Shown: positions 1-9,218 of the stretch, in pieces
How positions within the stretch are numbered: the stretch's first letter is position 1
Layout of the letters: each line of letters starts with the position of its first letter
Assembly: GCA_964649745.1 (NCBI GenBank)
Contig: CAZYQI010000013.1
Span: 12,906 to 76,905, forward strand
Length of the DNA stretch: 64,000 nt
Reading direction: 5' to 3'
Origin: an uncultured Peptostreptococcaceae bacterium
GTDB lineage: Bacteria; Bacillota; Clostridia; Peptostreptococcales; Acidaminobacteraceae
Notes under the pieces: generated by a model
What the model was told of the DNA's origin: nothing
Seen by the model: only the letters and a program-made list of their open reading frames with translations
Database searches by the model: none
Made by a program: the position numbers and the translations under genes

Positions 1-714
1 TACGATGCTCCCCACGGTTTCATAGGCCAGCTCCGGCAGATTATTCTCCTTGCTGAGGTGCCCCAGCAGCACGCTGCGGACGCGGCCTTCCCGTACCGCC
101 CGGGTAATAACCCCTGCCGCTGTTTCGTTGGATAAGTGACCCACATCGCTGAGGATACGCCGCTTCAGGTAATAGGGGTACGGACCCACCTTCAGCATAT
201 TGACATCATGGTTGGCCTCCAGCATCAGGATGTCGCAGTCCAAAAACTCTTCCTGTACAGATTCGGGGCAGTGCCCTAAATCTGTGGCGATGCACATCCG
301 GGCTCCGGTATTGCTGAAGGCATACGCCACCGGCTCAGCCGCATCGTGGGATATCTCGATGGGCTTTACGCAAATGTCTCCTATCTCGAAGCTCTCACCC
401 GACCTTATGATGCGGATATGCTCCGGTGCGATTTCCCCCAGCTTACCTTGCATCGCCTGCCAAGTGGCTTCGGTTGCATAGATGGGCTGCTTTATTTTGC
501 GGTATATGACACCCGCTCCCTTTACGTGATCGCTATGCTCGTGAGTTATCAGAAGCGCCTGTATATCCTTAAGCGATTCTCCGATATGCTCCAGAGAGCT
601 GGCGATGTATTTTCCGCTGAGTCCTGCGTCCAGAAGGAGTCGGGTGCTGTCGGAGGCGATATACTGGCTGTTGCCGCTGCTGCCGCTGGCCAATGAGCAA
701 AAATGGATAGGCAT
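1..714 (-). CDS. yycJ: MBL-fold metallo-hydrolase, YycJ/WalJ-like (3' end runs off the window)
   Basis: Reverse translation from ATG at 714 gives MPIHFCSLASGSSGNSQYIASDSTRLLLDAGLSG...LITHEHSDHVKG (HxHxDH beta-lactamase-fold motif). It stays open to the window edge, so it is missing from the ORF track. It is the last gene of a walRK-yycHIJ-type operon. Confidence 0.85.
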   Translation of the reverse strand, partial: MPIHFCSLASGSSGNSQYIASDSTRLLLDAGLSGKYIASSLEHIGESLKDIQALLITHEHSDHVKGAGVIYRKIKQPIYATEATWQAMQGKLGEIAPEHIRIIRSGESFEIGDICVKPIEISHDAAEPVAYAFSNTGARMCIATDLGHCPESVQEEFLDCDILMLEANHDVNMLKVGPYPYYLKRRILSDVGHLSNETAAGVITRAVREGRVRSVLLGHLSKENNLPELAYETVGSIV

Positions 715-744
715 AGTTACCTCGCTGATGGTTGCTTGTCGTGT

Positions 745-1593
745 TCATTGAAGGGCTTTAACGGAATAGGTGATGCCGGAACGGGTGGTGAACCGCCAGT
801 ATGGCGAAAGATCCCCTGAAAGGATGTTGGTGTTGAGTACATCGGTGTCCAGTTTATAGCCCAGAGTCATGGCGGTGATTACGACCGATTGATCGGAATC
901 CCTTTCCGGGCTCAGCTGCTCCGAAAGCTTCAGCAGCGCCCGGCCCGGAGGTATGACTTCATACGTCATTTCCCTGACCTTCACAATGTTGAGCCATGAA
1001 CGTTCGAAGGATCGTATCCCTTTATCGGCTACAATCAATCGCATGACACCGTTTTCAATATGTCGGTGACTGGTCTGCTGCCCAAAAATCACCTCAATAT
1101 CCTTCCCCGTCACCCGAACAGAGGTCAGGGCTGTGTTTTCATCTTCCGGATATCCATGCTCCGCAAGGAATCGCCTGGCCATTCCCAGAGCCTCTTCCTC
1201 CGCAGGGAGAACTGTTGAAACCGGCAGTTCCCGGTTTTCGTAAATGAGCTTTATGCCGTTGAGCACGCGAAGACTCCCCGCTGCGGATACAACTTCCGTC
1301 CCCTTGGCGTTGCCGGTGAGCGTGCCTGTAAGAAAACGGGGTCCAAGGGTTTCTCTATCATACGTTTGATAAGCAGCTTCCACGGCCTGTATGCCTTCCG
1401 TTCTAGGGGTTTCAGAAAACGCCACCTCAATTCCCCGGTCTTTGAGAACTCCGATGACATCTTGGTAAACCATGCGGTCGGAGACTGCCGGATTATCCTG
1501 AAGGCTGTTCTCGGAATAAAGGTAGGCAATCATCACAGCATTGGTAATGATAAGTGCGATAATCAGTATGGTTTTTGTCTTGCTCCAGTTCAT
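745..1593 (-). CDS. yycI: YycI-like two-component regulatory protein (N-terminal TM anchor)
   Basis: 282 aa with an N-terminal TM segment (ILIIALIITNAVMIAYLY). ATG is preceded by GGAGG. It sits between the yycH-like and yycJ genes, as in Bacillus. The call rests on position and topology, not a search. Confidence 0.6.
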   Translation of the reverse strand: MNWSKTKTILIIALIITNAVMIAYLYSENSLQDNPAVSDRMVYQDVIGVLKDRGIEVAFSETPRTEGIQAVEAAYQTYDRETLGPRFLTGTLTGNAKGTEVVSAAGSLRVLNGIKLIYENRELPVSTVLPAEEEALGMARRFLAEHGYPEDENTALTSVRVTGKDIEVIFGQQTSHRHIENGVMRLIVADKGIRSFERSWLNIVKVREMTYEVIPPGRALLKLSEQLSPERDSDQSVVITAMTLGYKLDTDVLNTNILSGDLSPYWRFTTRSGITYSVKALQ

Positions 1594-1602
1594 CCCGGCC
1601 TC

Positions 1603-3081
1603 CTAGGACGACACAGCCATCATTCGGCCATCGTAGATGTTGAAGTAGATCTTTTTGCCGCTGAAATCAATCTCCCATGCCGGTGTCATTCGATCGCCGG
1701 CATTATTTTGGCAATACACCAGCCGCACCGAGCGGATGCTCTGCAGCATCCGGAACTGTATAGACGAATCCATCAGGCTGTCCTTGGACTGTCGGATATA
1801 AATCGGAAGAATCCTCTCATAATTCTTAACGATAATTTCATCAAGACTCAGAGCCCGGTCCCACAGGGGAGTGACATCCAAAAGACCTTCAACCTCACCA
1901 ACCCGTCGCTTGCAAAACAGCACCTGCTCACCCTGAACCTCAATTTCTATGGGGGCGAAGGCTTGGGGCGTCTCCTCCTGAGCTTTTTCCGCAGAGGAAA
2001 CCACCGGAATCCCCTCCAGTGGGTATGAAAAGCTGAATTTGTATCCCTGCTTGTTTTCCGTTTGCTCATAGCCTGTCAGAAAAAGTCCTTCAGGGTATCC
2101 TCCCACCCGTCCGATAAAGGTGATTGCCTGGTTCAGAGAGCCAAAAAGGTCATTTTTTTTGTTTATCAGCATGGCGTCCGGTTTTTCCTGATAGTCCATA
2201 ATTCCATTCGGATGGATGCGAAATGCCTTTTCTCCATACCCATACAAGAAAACCACGGCACCGTTGACGTCCACCAAACGGTTTACAAATGCAAACTGAT
2301 TCCCGAACGCCGCATCCGCTAAGTTTTTCACCGTTTCCTGAGATTGCTCCGTGCCGACGTAGGCCGGAAGCTCCCCACGGATTCTCAATATGGGAAGAGG
2401 ATCAATCTCAAGCCGCGGAACCATGACAGTGTTCTCCGGGATCATCCCCGTATCATCCGGCTGCAGCACGTTCTGTATGCGGTAATGGTCTTCGACGGTT
2501 TCATATTCCGGTTCTGCGCTCTGTTCCACCGTTCTGATCCGACTCTCCAAATCCACTGCTCCGACATCGCCTGTAAGAACGTAATACTGATCGGTCTTTC
2601 GATCTCCGATGTATATGGCTTCCGGTTCCGCTGTGCTGATTAAAACCATATCCGCAGATGTCAGCTTGCCGGTATAGGTCCCTTCATATCCCGAAAGCCT
2701 CAGCAGCATGTTGGGCTCCAGTGAAACCGGGAATTCGAAGCGTACCGATCTGAATCGGTTCTTCTCCCGCCATTCCTGTTGTGTCAGCGGCTTTTCCTCT
2801 GCCTTTTCAGACAACGCTTTCAGGATTCCCGGCTTAGCGGTCAGCCAGATCCCGTATGTGTCTGAAAACATGGCTGTATGCGAACCACCCCCAAAGTTTA
2901 TCACATAACTTTGGGGGTAGATGAGTTCTGAAAACTGTTCAGTTGCATAGGCACTGGTGAAAAAATCCTTGGCCGCATTCAAACGGGTAATGGATATTCC
3001 GGACCAAATCTGACTGACAAGAATGGTACAAAGACCAAACAGGGCCACCAGAGTCAGGGATTTGAACTGCTCTCGTGTCAT
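1603..3081 (-). CDS. yycH: YycH-like regulator of WalK (single N-terminal TM, large extracytoplasmic domain)
   Basis: The ORF track begins at a TTG (3099). The ATG at 3081 (MTREQFKSLTLVALFG...) has GGAGG 6 nt upstream. The TM anchor, size and operon position match YycH. Confidence 0.55.
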   Translation of the reverse strand: MTREQFKSLTLVALFGLCTILVSQIWSGISITRLNAAKDFFTSAYATEQFSELIYPQSYVINFGGGSHTAMFSDTYGIWLTAKPGILKALSEKAEEKPLTQQEWREKNRFRSVRFEFPVSLEPNMLLRLSGYEGTYTGKLTSADMVLISTAEPEAIYIGDRKTDQYYVLTGDVGAVDLESRIRTVEQSAEPEYETVEDHYRIQNVLQPDDTGMIPENTVMVPRLEIDPLPILRIRGELPAYVGTEQSQETVKNLADAAFGNQFAFVNRLVDVNGAVVFLYGYGEKAFRIHPNGIMDYQEKPDAMLINKKNDLFGSLNQAITFIGRVGGYPEGLFLTGYEQTENKQGYKFSFSYPLEGIPVVSSAEKAQEETPQAFAPIEIEVQGEQVLFCKRRVGEVEGLLDVTPLWDRALSLDEIIVKNYERILPIYIRQSKDSLMDSSIQFRMLQSIRSVRLVYCQNNAGDRMTPAWEIDFSGKKIYFNIYDGRMMAVSS

Positions 3082-3099
3082 GAACTGCCTCCATGGCAA

Positions 3100-3903
3100 C
3101 TAATTGAAAATACTGCTCCGGCTTTCAGGAAGGGCATCCAGAATTTTTTCCACCGCTTTTTCCGACGTGCTGCCTTTGAATTCCAGGGTTTTTATAATTG
3201 AAGAACCATCCGCCTTCTCGGCGAACGCCAACACATAAACACCTGATTTTACACCGGGGATCTCCGTCTGATAGGTCATAAAAAGCTCTGCCGGCTTCAC
3301 TTCCAAAGGCCCTGAAACCAAGCGGGTGAAAAGTTTATCGTACAACGCCTTGACTGCGGTATATTCTTTCTTCTTCAGGGAAAATTCTGCACTGATCTTC
3401 TTGTACTTTTCATAAAGAGCCGCCTGCTGAACGCTCAAACCGCCGCTGCTCTTAAGCGCTTCCATTTTGGGAACATCCCCGAATTCCTTCTTCACACCTG
3501 CCACTATCTCGTTAAAATCCTTGCGGCTTTCGGCGAAGGGCTCCTCCAGCTTGTTCTTTTTAGAAAATATAGTCCGTCGGTATTCCATTTTCTGATCTTC
3601 TGTAAGTTTATCAAAATCACCGCTGGGAACGAATGTCACGTCGGCTTTCGGCTGACTCCCAATATAAAATTCCGGATCGATACGGTAAAGGCTCATGTAT
3701 ACCGGTGTTTTTCCAGAAAGGCGCACCTTCACAAAGAGTGTGTCCTTTTTTAAAATGACATCCCCTTCCGAGCCCACTTCCGGACTCAGAATCTCTATGG
3801 TGTTGGCCGTATTCACTTTTGTAGGGGTATCCGCATAAACACCGCAGCCCAAGGTCCAGGCAAGGGTCCACGCACATACCAACAATCCGATTTTCCGGTA
3901 CAT
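3100..3903 (-). CDS. Secreted or lipoprotein-like protein of unknown function, inserted between walK and yycH
   Basis: ATG at 3903 (MYRKIGLLVCAWTLAWTLGCGVYAD...) has GGGAGGA 5 nt upstream. It has a signal peptide with a Cys shortly after the hydrophobic core. I recognise no family. Confidence 0.6.
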   Translation of the reverse strand: MYRKIGLLVCAWTLAWTLGCGVYADTPTKVNTANTIEILSPEVGSEGDVILKKDTLFVKVRLSGKTPVYMSLYRIDPEFYIGSQPKADVTFVPSGDFDKLTEDQKMEYRRTIFSKKNKLEEPFAESRKDFNEIVAGVKKEFGDVPKMEALKSSGGLSVQQAALYEKYKKISAEFSLKKKEYTAVKALYDKLFTRLVSGPLEVKPAELFMTYQTEIPGVKSGVYVLAFAEKADGSSIIKTLEFKGSTSEKAVEKILDALPESRSSIFN

Positions 3904-3988
3904 GACCGTTCCTCCCGCATTCTTCATAGGAACAGTATAACAGAGGTTTATTACAAAGCCATTACAGCGCGTTTAAAAGCCTATGACA

Positions 3989-5773
3989 TTAAGAACGTTC
4001 CAGAGGGATAACGATCCGCACCTGTGTTCCTCTATTAAGCACACTGCTGATGTGTATCGTTCCATTGTGAGCCTGTACGATTTCTTGGGCGATGGACAGT
4101 CCCAGGCCTGTTCCTCCAAGGTTTCGGGACCGGGCCTTATCTACTCGGTAGAAGCGGTCAAAGATCCGGTTGATGTCCTGCTCAGGAATGCCGACGCCGT
4201 TGTCCTGAACCTCCATCACAACGCTTTCAGCCTCTTCATACATCCTCAGTACTATCTGCCCGCCCTCCGGCGTGTACTTGAGGGCATTGGATATGATATT
4301 CTGGACCACCTGCTCGATTCGGTCGTAATCGAAGTATCCCACCAGCTCTGCCGGAGCACTTTCAATGAAAAGCCGCTGGGATTTATTTTTCGCCGTAACC
4401 TCCAGCTTCGCCACGGTTTTCTTGATAAGGTCGGCATAATCATGATATTCGTGATCAAACTGTATGCTGTTTGCATCAAAATTAGAAAGCTGCAGCAAAT
4501 CCCGGACCAAGCGTGTCATTCTGTCGGCCTCATGCTCCACCACCATAAGAAAATGGCGGGCGGTATCCGGCGAATCAATGGCCCCATCCAGAAGTGTTTC
4601 TGTATAGCTCTTAATGCTGGTAAGCGGCGTTTTCAGTTCATGGGAGACGTTGGCCACAAATTCCCTTCGCATCACCTCAAGCCGATGCTGCTCCGTAATG
4701 TCCTGGAACAGGAAGACCAGCCCTACCTTCTCATTCTGCTCGTCCCGAAAGGGAGCAAAACCAGCCGCGTACACAGAATCGTTCCACTCCATAACCTCAT
4801 TTCCGATCCACTCTTCATTTCGTGATATGACCGAGTGAATTGCCAGGTCCTGATGAACGGGTTGAATAAGGGCGTTATAGTTAAGGCTCTGTGGAGACGT
4901 ATCCCCTATTCCGAATATTTCCCGCGCTTTCGGATTAATATGGAGTATTGCCCCGGACAGATCCACCGCAATAAGGCCGTCGGCCATATAATTCAAAATG
5001 GCTTCCAGCTTCCCTTTTTCCTGCGACATCTCCCCAAGGGTGGATTTCAGTTTCCCTGTGAGATGATTGAACATTTCTGCCAGCTTTCCAATCTCGTCAT
5101 CGGATCGGACATCCACCGCTTGGTCGAAATCCCCCTGAGCCATCTTCGATGCCTTCTCCGTTACCGCATTGATGGGTTCCGTGACGCTTTTGGCGATAAC
5201 ATAGCTAAGCAGAACCGTTATGGTAAGCGCCAGCATCGTGGCCTGTATAATGATAACCTTGGAACGGTCCAAGGTGCGTTCGGCATCCTTAAGATCATAG
5301 CGAAGATAAAGTACTCCGGTTTGTTTGTCCCCGTGAAGAATCGGAACAGCCATATCTCTTGTGGGAAGCTGTTTGGACGGTATGGTTTCGATAGCGGTTT
5401 TCCCATTGAGGCTTTGTGCCAGAATGGCATAACCACCTCCGAGAACCTCGGAGGCATTCTTTCCGACATTCTCGGTACTGGTGGCAATGATTCGGTTATC
5501 CCTGCTGCTGATAACGTAAACCTCTTCTCTGAAACCAACGACCTGGGTCTGACGAATAATCTCCTGTACCGCCGTATCCTGGGCTTCCAGCACCGGTATT
5601 TCGGAAAGCTGAGGGAGAAGGATCTTGTCAGAGAGATCTTCCAGCTGCGCCGTAATATTGTCAATTTGATACTGATCAAAGTACTTGATGACAAACACGC
5701 CGGAAATGATCATGGCAATGAATACCAGCATAAAGTAGATGATGATGAATTTCCAGCGGATGCTTCTGAACAT
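3989..5773 (-). CDS. walK: Sensor histidine kinase, WalK/YycG-like (2 TM, HAMP, PAS, HisKA, HATPase_c)
   Basis: 594 aa. H-box is FVANVSHELKTPLTSI. N, G1 and G2 boxes are present (NALKYTPEGG, DNGVGIP, GGTGLGLSIA). It lies immediately downstream of an OmpR-family regulator. Confidence 0.85.
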   Translation of the reverse strand: MFRSIRWKFIIIYFMLVFIAMIISGVFVIKYFDQYQIDNITAQLEDLSDKILLPQLSEIPVLEAQDTAVQEIIRQTQVVGFREEVYVISSRDNRIIATSTENVGKNASEVLGGGYAILAQSLNGKTAIETIPSKQLPTRDMAVPILHGDKQTGVLYLRYDLKDAERTLDRSKVIIIQATMLALTITVLLSYVIAKSVTEPINAVTEKASKMAQGDFDQAVDVRSDDEIGKLAEMFNHLTGKLKSTLGEMSQEKGKLEAILNYMADGLIAVDLSGAILHINPKAREIFGIGDTSPQSLNYNALIQPVHQDLAIHSVISRNEEWIGNEVMEWNDSVYAAGFAPFRDEQNEKVGLVFLFQDITEQHRLEVMRREFVANVSHELKTPLTSIKSYTETLLDGAIDSPDTARHFLMVVEHEADRMTRLVRDLLQLSNFDANSIQFDHEYHDYADLIKKTVAKLEVTAKNKSQRLFIESAPAELVGYFDYDRIEQVVQNIISNALKYTPEGGQIVLRMYEEAESVVMEVQDNGVGIPEQDINRIFDRFYRVDKARSRNLGGTGLGLSIAQEIVQAHNGTIHISSVLNRGTQVRIVIPLERS

Positions 5774-5775
5774 GT

Positions 5776-6471
5776 TTACGATCTCCTGAAATAATACCCC
5801 ACGCCCCGTTTGGTCATAACATAATGAGGGTTGCTCGAATCATCTTCTATTTTCTCCCGAAGCCTCCGGACGGTAACATCCACCGTGCGAATATCTCCGT
5901 AATATTCATATCCCCATACATCCTTAAGCAGCTGCTCCCGAGTGAATATCTGGTTTTCCTGAGTAGCCAGGAAGCGAAGAAGTTCAAACTCCCGCAGTGT
6001 AAGCTCAATGACCTGTTCGTTCTTTCTCACCTCGTAGCGGTCCAGATCGATGAAAAGCTCCTTGGAGCGTATGGTATTGCCGGAAGACTGTTCCGTATTG
6101 CCATCTATTTCTATCCGCCGGAGATTCGCTTTTACCCTGGCCATCAGTTCCCGCATGCCAAAGGGCTTGGTTATGTAGTCATCGGCTCCCAGCTCAAGAC
6201 CCAGAACTTTGTCAACTTCTTCTTCCCGGGCAGTCAGCATAATCACCGGGGTATTGAAGGCTTCGCGCAGCCGCCGAAGCACCTGAAACCCGTCAAGCTT
6301 GGGAAGCATGACATCCAGCAGGATCAGGTCCGGCTGAAACTGATATGCTTCTTTAAGCGCTTCTTCACCGTCAAACGCCACCGTTACATCGTAGCCCTCT
6401 TTCTGGAGATTGAATACAATTATATCGGATATGGGCTTTTCGTCATCAACGACCAATATCTTTCTGTTCAT
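5776..6471 (-). CDS. walR: OmpR-family response regulator, WalR/YycF-like
   Basis: ATG at 6471 (MNRKILVVDDEKPISD...) has GGAGG 7 nt upstream. The longer track ORF is an upstream extension. It has a REC domain plus a winged-helix C-terminus (RTVDVTVRRLREKIE...VRGVGYYF). Confidence 0.9.
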   Translation of the reverse strand: MNRKILVVDDEKPISDIIVFNLQKEGYDVTVAFDGEEALKEAYQFQPDLILLDVMLPKLDGFQVLRRLREAFNTPVIMLTAREEEVDKVLGLELGADDYITKPFGMRELMARVKANLRRIEIDGNTEQSSGNTIRSKELFIDLDRYEVRKNEQVIELTLREFELLRFLATQENQIFTREQLLKDVWGYEYYGDIRTVDVTVRRLREKIEDDSSNPHYVMTKRGVGYYFRRS

Positions 6472-6559
6472 GGGTTTACCTCCGTTCATGGATAATGCGG
6501 AAATTTTAATCTTCACCCCCATCTTAACCAATTAGAGCGGTGGATGGCAAGGAAAACCG

Positions 6560-6608
6560 GATTTATGTATCTTGCCTGATACATAAAGACCCGGCCATGG
6601 CCGGGTCT
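6560..6608 (-). terminator. Tandem hairpins downstream of the M23 peptidase gene
   Basis: GACCCGGCCATGGCCGGGTC is followed on the minus strand by TTTATGTATC-N7-GATACATAAA. This sits just after the stop at 6615. Confidence 0.55.
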
Positions 6609-6614
6609 GAAGGG

Positions 6615-8105
6615 TCAACGATTCAGGAACTTGGTGGGATTCTGCGGAACCCCGTTTTTCTGCACTTCAAAATGAAGATGGGGCCCCGTGCTTCTGCCTG
6701 TATTTCCGCTTTTGGCGATGGCCTGTCCCTGGAAGACCGACTCTCCGCTCTTCACTAAAAGCTTGCTGTTATGGGCGTAAAGGGTGGAATAGCCGCCTCC
6801 GTGGTTGATGATGAGACAAAGACCGTATCCGTTCTTATAGCCGCTGAAGGTTACTTTTCCGCCGTCGGACGCCTTCACCTGGGAACCAATAGGCAACCCG
6901 ATATCGATCCCCTCATGCATGCGGCCCCAGCGTTTCCCAAATTTTGATGTGACTGCACCCCGGGAGGTGGGCCATTTGAACTTTCCACTGCCGATCTTCG
7001 GCGGTGGGTTCTTTGTGCCCTTGACAACAATCTTGCCAATAGGGTTCTTGCTTACTTTTTCCGTCAGAATCTTCCGTTCCACTTCCTTACCGTTGATCCG
7101 AACGATCTCCGCTTTAACGAACCGCTCTCCCTGGACGCCAGCTCTCTTTACGGTGCTTTCGCCTTTGTAAACGTTGCTTGATTCCTCGTAAGCAACCTCG
7201 AAGGGAATCAGTTCATTATACTCCTTGACTTCTTTACACGCCACGGATATCAACGGCCTTGGAACTACCAGACTGATTTTCTGATCGATTTTCACTTTTT
7301 CAGGATTGATGTCGGGGTTGGCCGAGATCAATGTATCCATGGATATTTTATATTTCTTCGCAATCAACCAGAGGTTTTCACCCTGCTGAATCACGTGCTG
7401 CTGCGTTTCTGTCGTCCCTTTTGAAATCTGATGCACTGCATCCTCAAGGGTTCTTTCACCATCGAATTTCACGATGTCCAGTCTGTCCGGCTTAACAACC
7501 ACCTCTTCAACAAACCAGGATTCTGAAGCGCCTTCCACGGTATATGCTTTCTTAAGAGCATCCAATATCTGATTGGCCTCTGCCTCGGTAGAGGCGAAAC
7601 CCACGGCGCGTCCGTCCGCCATTATGCTGACCCCGCTTACACCAATGCGCCGGGCAGGATCAATATTCATGATATTGCTTAGGGTTGGATTAACCGCAGC
7701 AGCCTGCTTCACAGCCGCGCTTTCGCCGATGAAATCAACCTGTTTGGGACCAAACAGGCTCTTGTCGATATTCATAAAACAATAAATCCCCATGGCTGAA
7801 ACCAGAATCAGACAGGAGCCCGCCAGGGCCACCGGCTTGTTTTCCCTTATAAGCTGAACCCAGTCCAGGCTGCCAAGGTTCAGAGGCGCTTTCATCCCGT
7901 CTGCTTTTCGGAGCCTCTCCAGAATCCTCTTGCCATTTTTTATAAAACTGCTGTATGTTGTATGACCATGCGTTACAATGGTGTTCTTAATCTGATCCAT
8001 CCGTTTCCAGTCAATGGACTTGCCCGACTGCCCCGTTGAAAATTGATCCCTTTTGCTGGGGTTTTTCAGACATCGGCTCAGGCGTTCCAATTGCTTTTTT
8101 AGCAT
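6615..8105 (-). CDS. LysM and G5 domain-containing M23 family metallopeptidase
   Basis: ATG at 8105 has AAGGAGG 5 nt upstream; the track start at 8138 is a TTG. LysM is HVIQQGENLWLIAKKYKISMDTLISANP. A G5-like segment is VKRAGVQGERFVKAEIVRINGKE. M23 motifs are HEGIDI and GPHLHFEV. Confidence 0.85.
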   Translation of the reverse strand: MLKKQLERLSRCLKNPSKRDQFSTGQSGKSIDWKRMDQIKNTIVTHGHTTYSSFIKNGKRILERLRKADGMKAPLNLGSLDWVQLIRENKPVALAGSCLILVSAMGIYCFMNIDKSLFGPKQVDFIGESAAVKQAAAVNPTLSNIMNIDPARRIGVSGVSIMADGRAVGFASTEAEANQILDALKKAYTVEGASESWFVEEVVVKPDRLDIVKFDGERTLEDAVHQISKGTTETQQHVIQQGENLWLIAKKYKISMDTLISANPDINPEKVKIDQKISLVVPRPLISVACKEVKEYNELIPFEVAYEESSNVYKGESTVKRAGVQGERFVKAEIVRINGKEVERKILTEKVSKNPIGKIVVKGTKNPPPKIGSGKFKWPTSRGAVTSKFGKRWGRMHEGIDIGLPIGSQVKASDGGKVTFSGYKNGYGLCLIINHGGGYSTLYAHNSKLLVKSGESVFQGQAIAKSGNTGRSTGPHLHFEVQKNGVPQNPTKFLNR

Positions 8106-8300
8106 TGGATCCTCCTTAATTTTGAAGTAACTCTGCAATGGGCATAATGCCGCATGCTCTTAGCCAGTATATCATAAAACCCAAACCATGGCACCCCACA
8201 TTTAGGTGTCCCCCACCTAACCCGGTCAAAGTCCTTACCTCTAAAGGCTTTTCACTGTTAACCCACATTTTTTTATCATTAATCCCCATGGAAAGAGAAG

Positions 8301-8330
8301 TTATCCACAGAGTTATCCCTGTTATCCACT
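8301..8330 (+). promoter_or_regulatory. DnaA-box cluster upstream of the dnaD-like/dnaI-like operon
   Basis: TTATCCACA at 8301-8309 (perfect), TTATCCCTG at 8313-8321 (2 mismatches) and TTATCCACT at 8322-8330 (1 mismatch). All three are in the same orientation. Confidence 0.7.
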
Positions 8331-8349
8331 TCCTGCCCCTTCCCCACAC

Positions 8350-8358
8350 TGATATAAT
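8350..8358 (+). promoter_or_regulatory. Extended -10 promoter element (TGaTATAAT) for the dnaD-like gene
   Basis: TGATATAAT lies 28 nt upstream of the ATG at 8386. There is no good -35; the -35 position is occupied by the DnaA boxes. Confidence 0.5.
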
Positions 8359-8385
8359 GACCTTGCATGATAAAGGAGTGACACG

Positions 8386-9195
8386 ATGGCTTTTAAAAAA
8401 CAAATTCCCGCCCTTGAGCTGGAAACAACCACCATTGAAAACATATTTCTGACGGAGTACCTCCCTATTGCAGACGGAAACGCCTTGAAAGTGTATCTTC
8501 TTGGATACCATTACGCCTGTGATACGGAAACCCACTCCCAGTTCAGCCACGATACCTTGGCAAAGCATCTCCGGCTTACGCTTCCGGAAGTTTTGGATGC
8601 GTGGAATTTTTGGGCTGAAAAAGGATTAATCAGAAAGACGGATTTGAAACCTGAAAATCCTCAGTGTTTTTCTGTTGAATTCGTTTCCCTGCGCCAGTTG
8701 TACCTTGAAGATCATTACAAACCCCGACACGACCGTCTAACCGATACCACCGGGGCGGCGGAGCTGCCAAAAGATGCTTCCCCCATACGGGTTGCCGAAG
8801 AAATGAGTAATGAAGAAACAAAAAAAATCATTAAGGAATTGGGACGTATTCTTGATCGCTCTTTGTATCCAAACGATATCATACGGATTACCGGGTGGCT
8901 TGACAAATGGCAGATTGATTGGAACACTGTTATTCTTTCCTTTGAAAAAGCAGTTCTGAATAAACCTCTGACCGGCCGGAGCACTCACAGCATTCTTAAT
9001 GCCACCGAAAATCTTGTAAGAACATGGTATGAACAGAATACTGAAAAACAAACCCCTGAGGTCCCTTTGCAAATTCCTAAAGCAAAACCTAAATCAAAAT
9101 TTACAAAGCCAAACCGCTTTCACAACTTTGAAGGATGGCTGTCAAAGTTAAGTGAAGCGGAAGTCGACGAACTGATGAAATCACGGAATAAATGA
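8386..9195 (+). CDS. DnaD/DnaB_2-domain replication initiation protein (helicase co-loader)
   Basis: 269 aa with AAAGGAG RBS. The N-terminal ENIFLTEYLPIADGNALKVYLLGY and C-terminal IRITGWLDKWQIDWNTVILSFEKAV resemble DnaD-like domains. It is paired with a DnaI-like ATPase. Confidence 0.7.
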   Translation: MAFKKQIPALELETTTIENIFLTEYLPIADGNALKVYLLGYHYACDTETHSQFSHDTLAKHLRLTLPEVLDAWNFWAEKGLIRKTDLKPENPQCFSVEFVSLRQLYLEDHYKPRHDRLTDTTGAAELPKDASPIRVAEEMSNEETKKIIKELGRILDRSLYPNDIIRITGWLDKWQIDWNTVILSFEKAVLNKPLTGRSTHSILNATENLVRTWYEQNTEKQTPEVPLQIPKAKPKSKFTKPNRFHNFEGWLSKLSEAEVDELMKSRNK

Positions 9196-9218
9196 TCGTG
9201 CGTCAGCCGGAGGTAAAA

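Noticed and set aside
3983-5794. Plus-strand ORFs of 280 aa and 319 aa.
   Set aside because: Both are antisense to walK, whose HisKA and HATPase motifs are clear. Neither has a recognisable domain or RBS.
8116-8568. A 150-aa minus-strand ORF and a 104-aa plus-strand ORF across the peptidase/dnaD-like spacer.
   Set aside because: They span the divergent promoter and DnaA-box region and overlap the well-supported dnaD-like start. They have no RBS.
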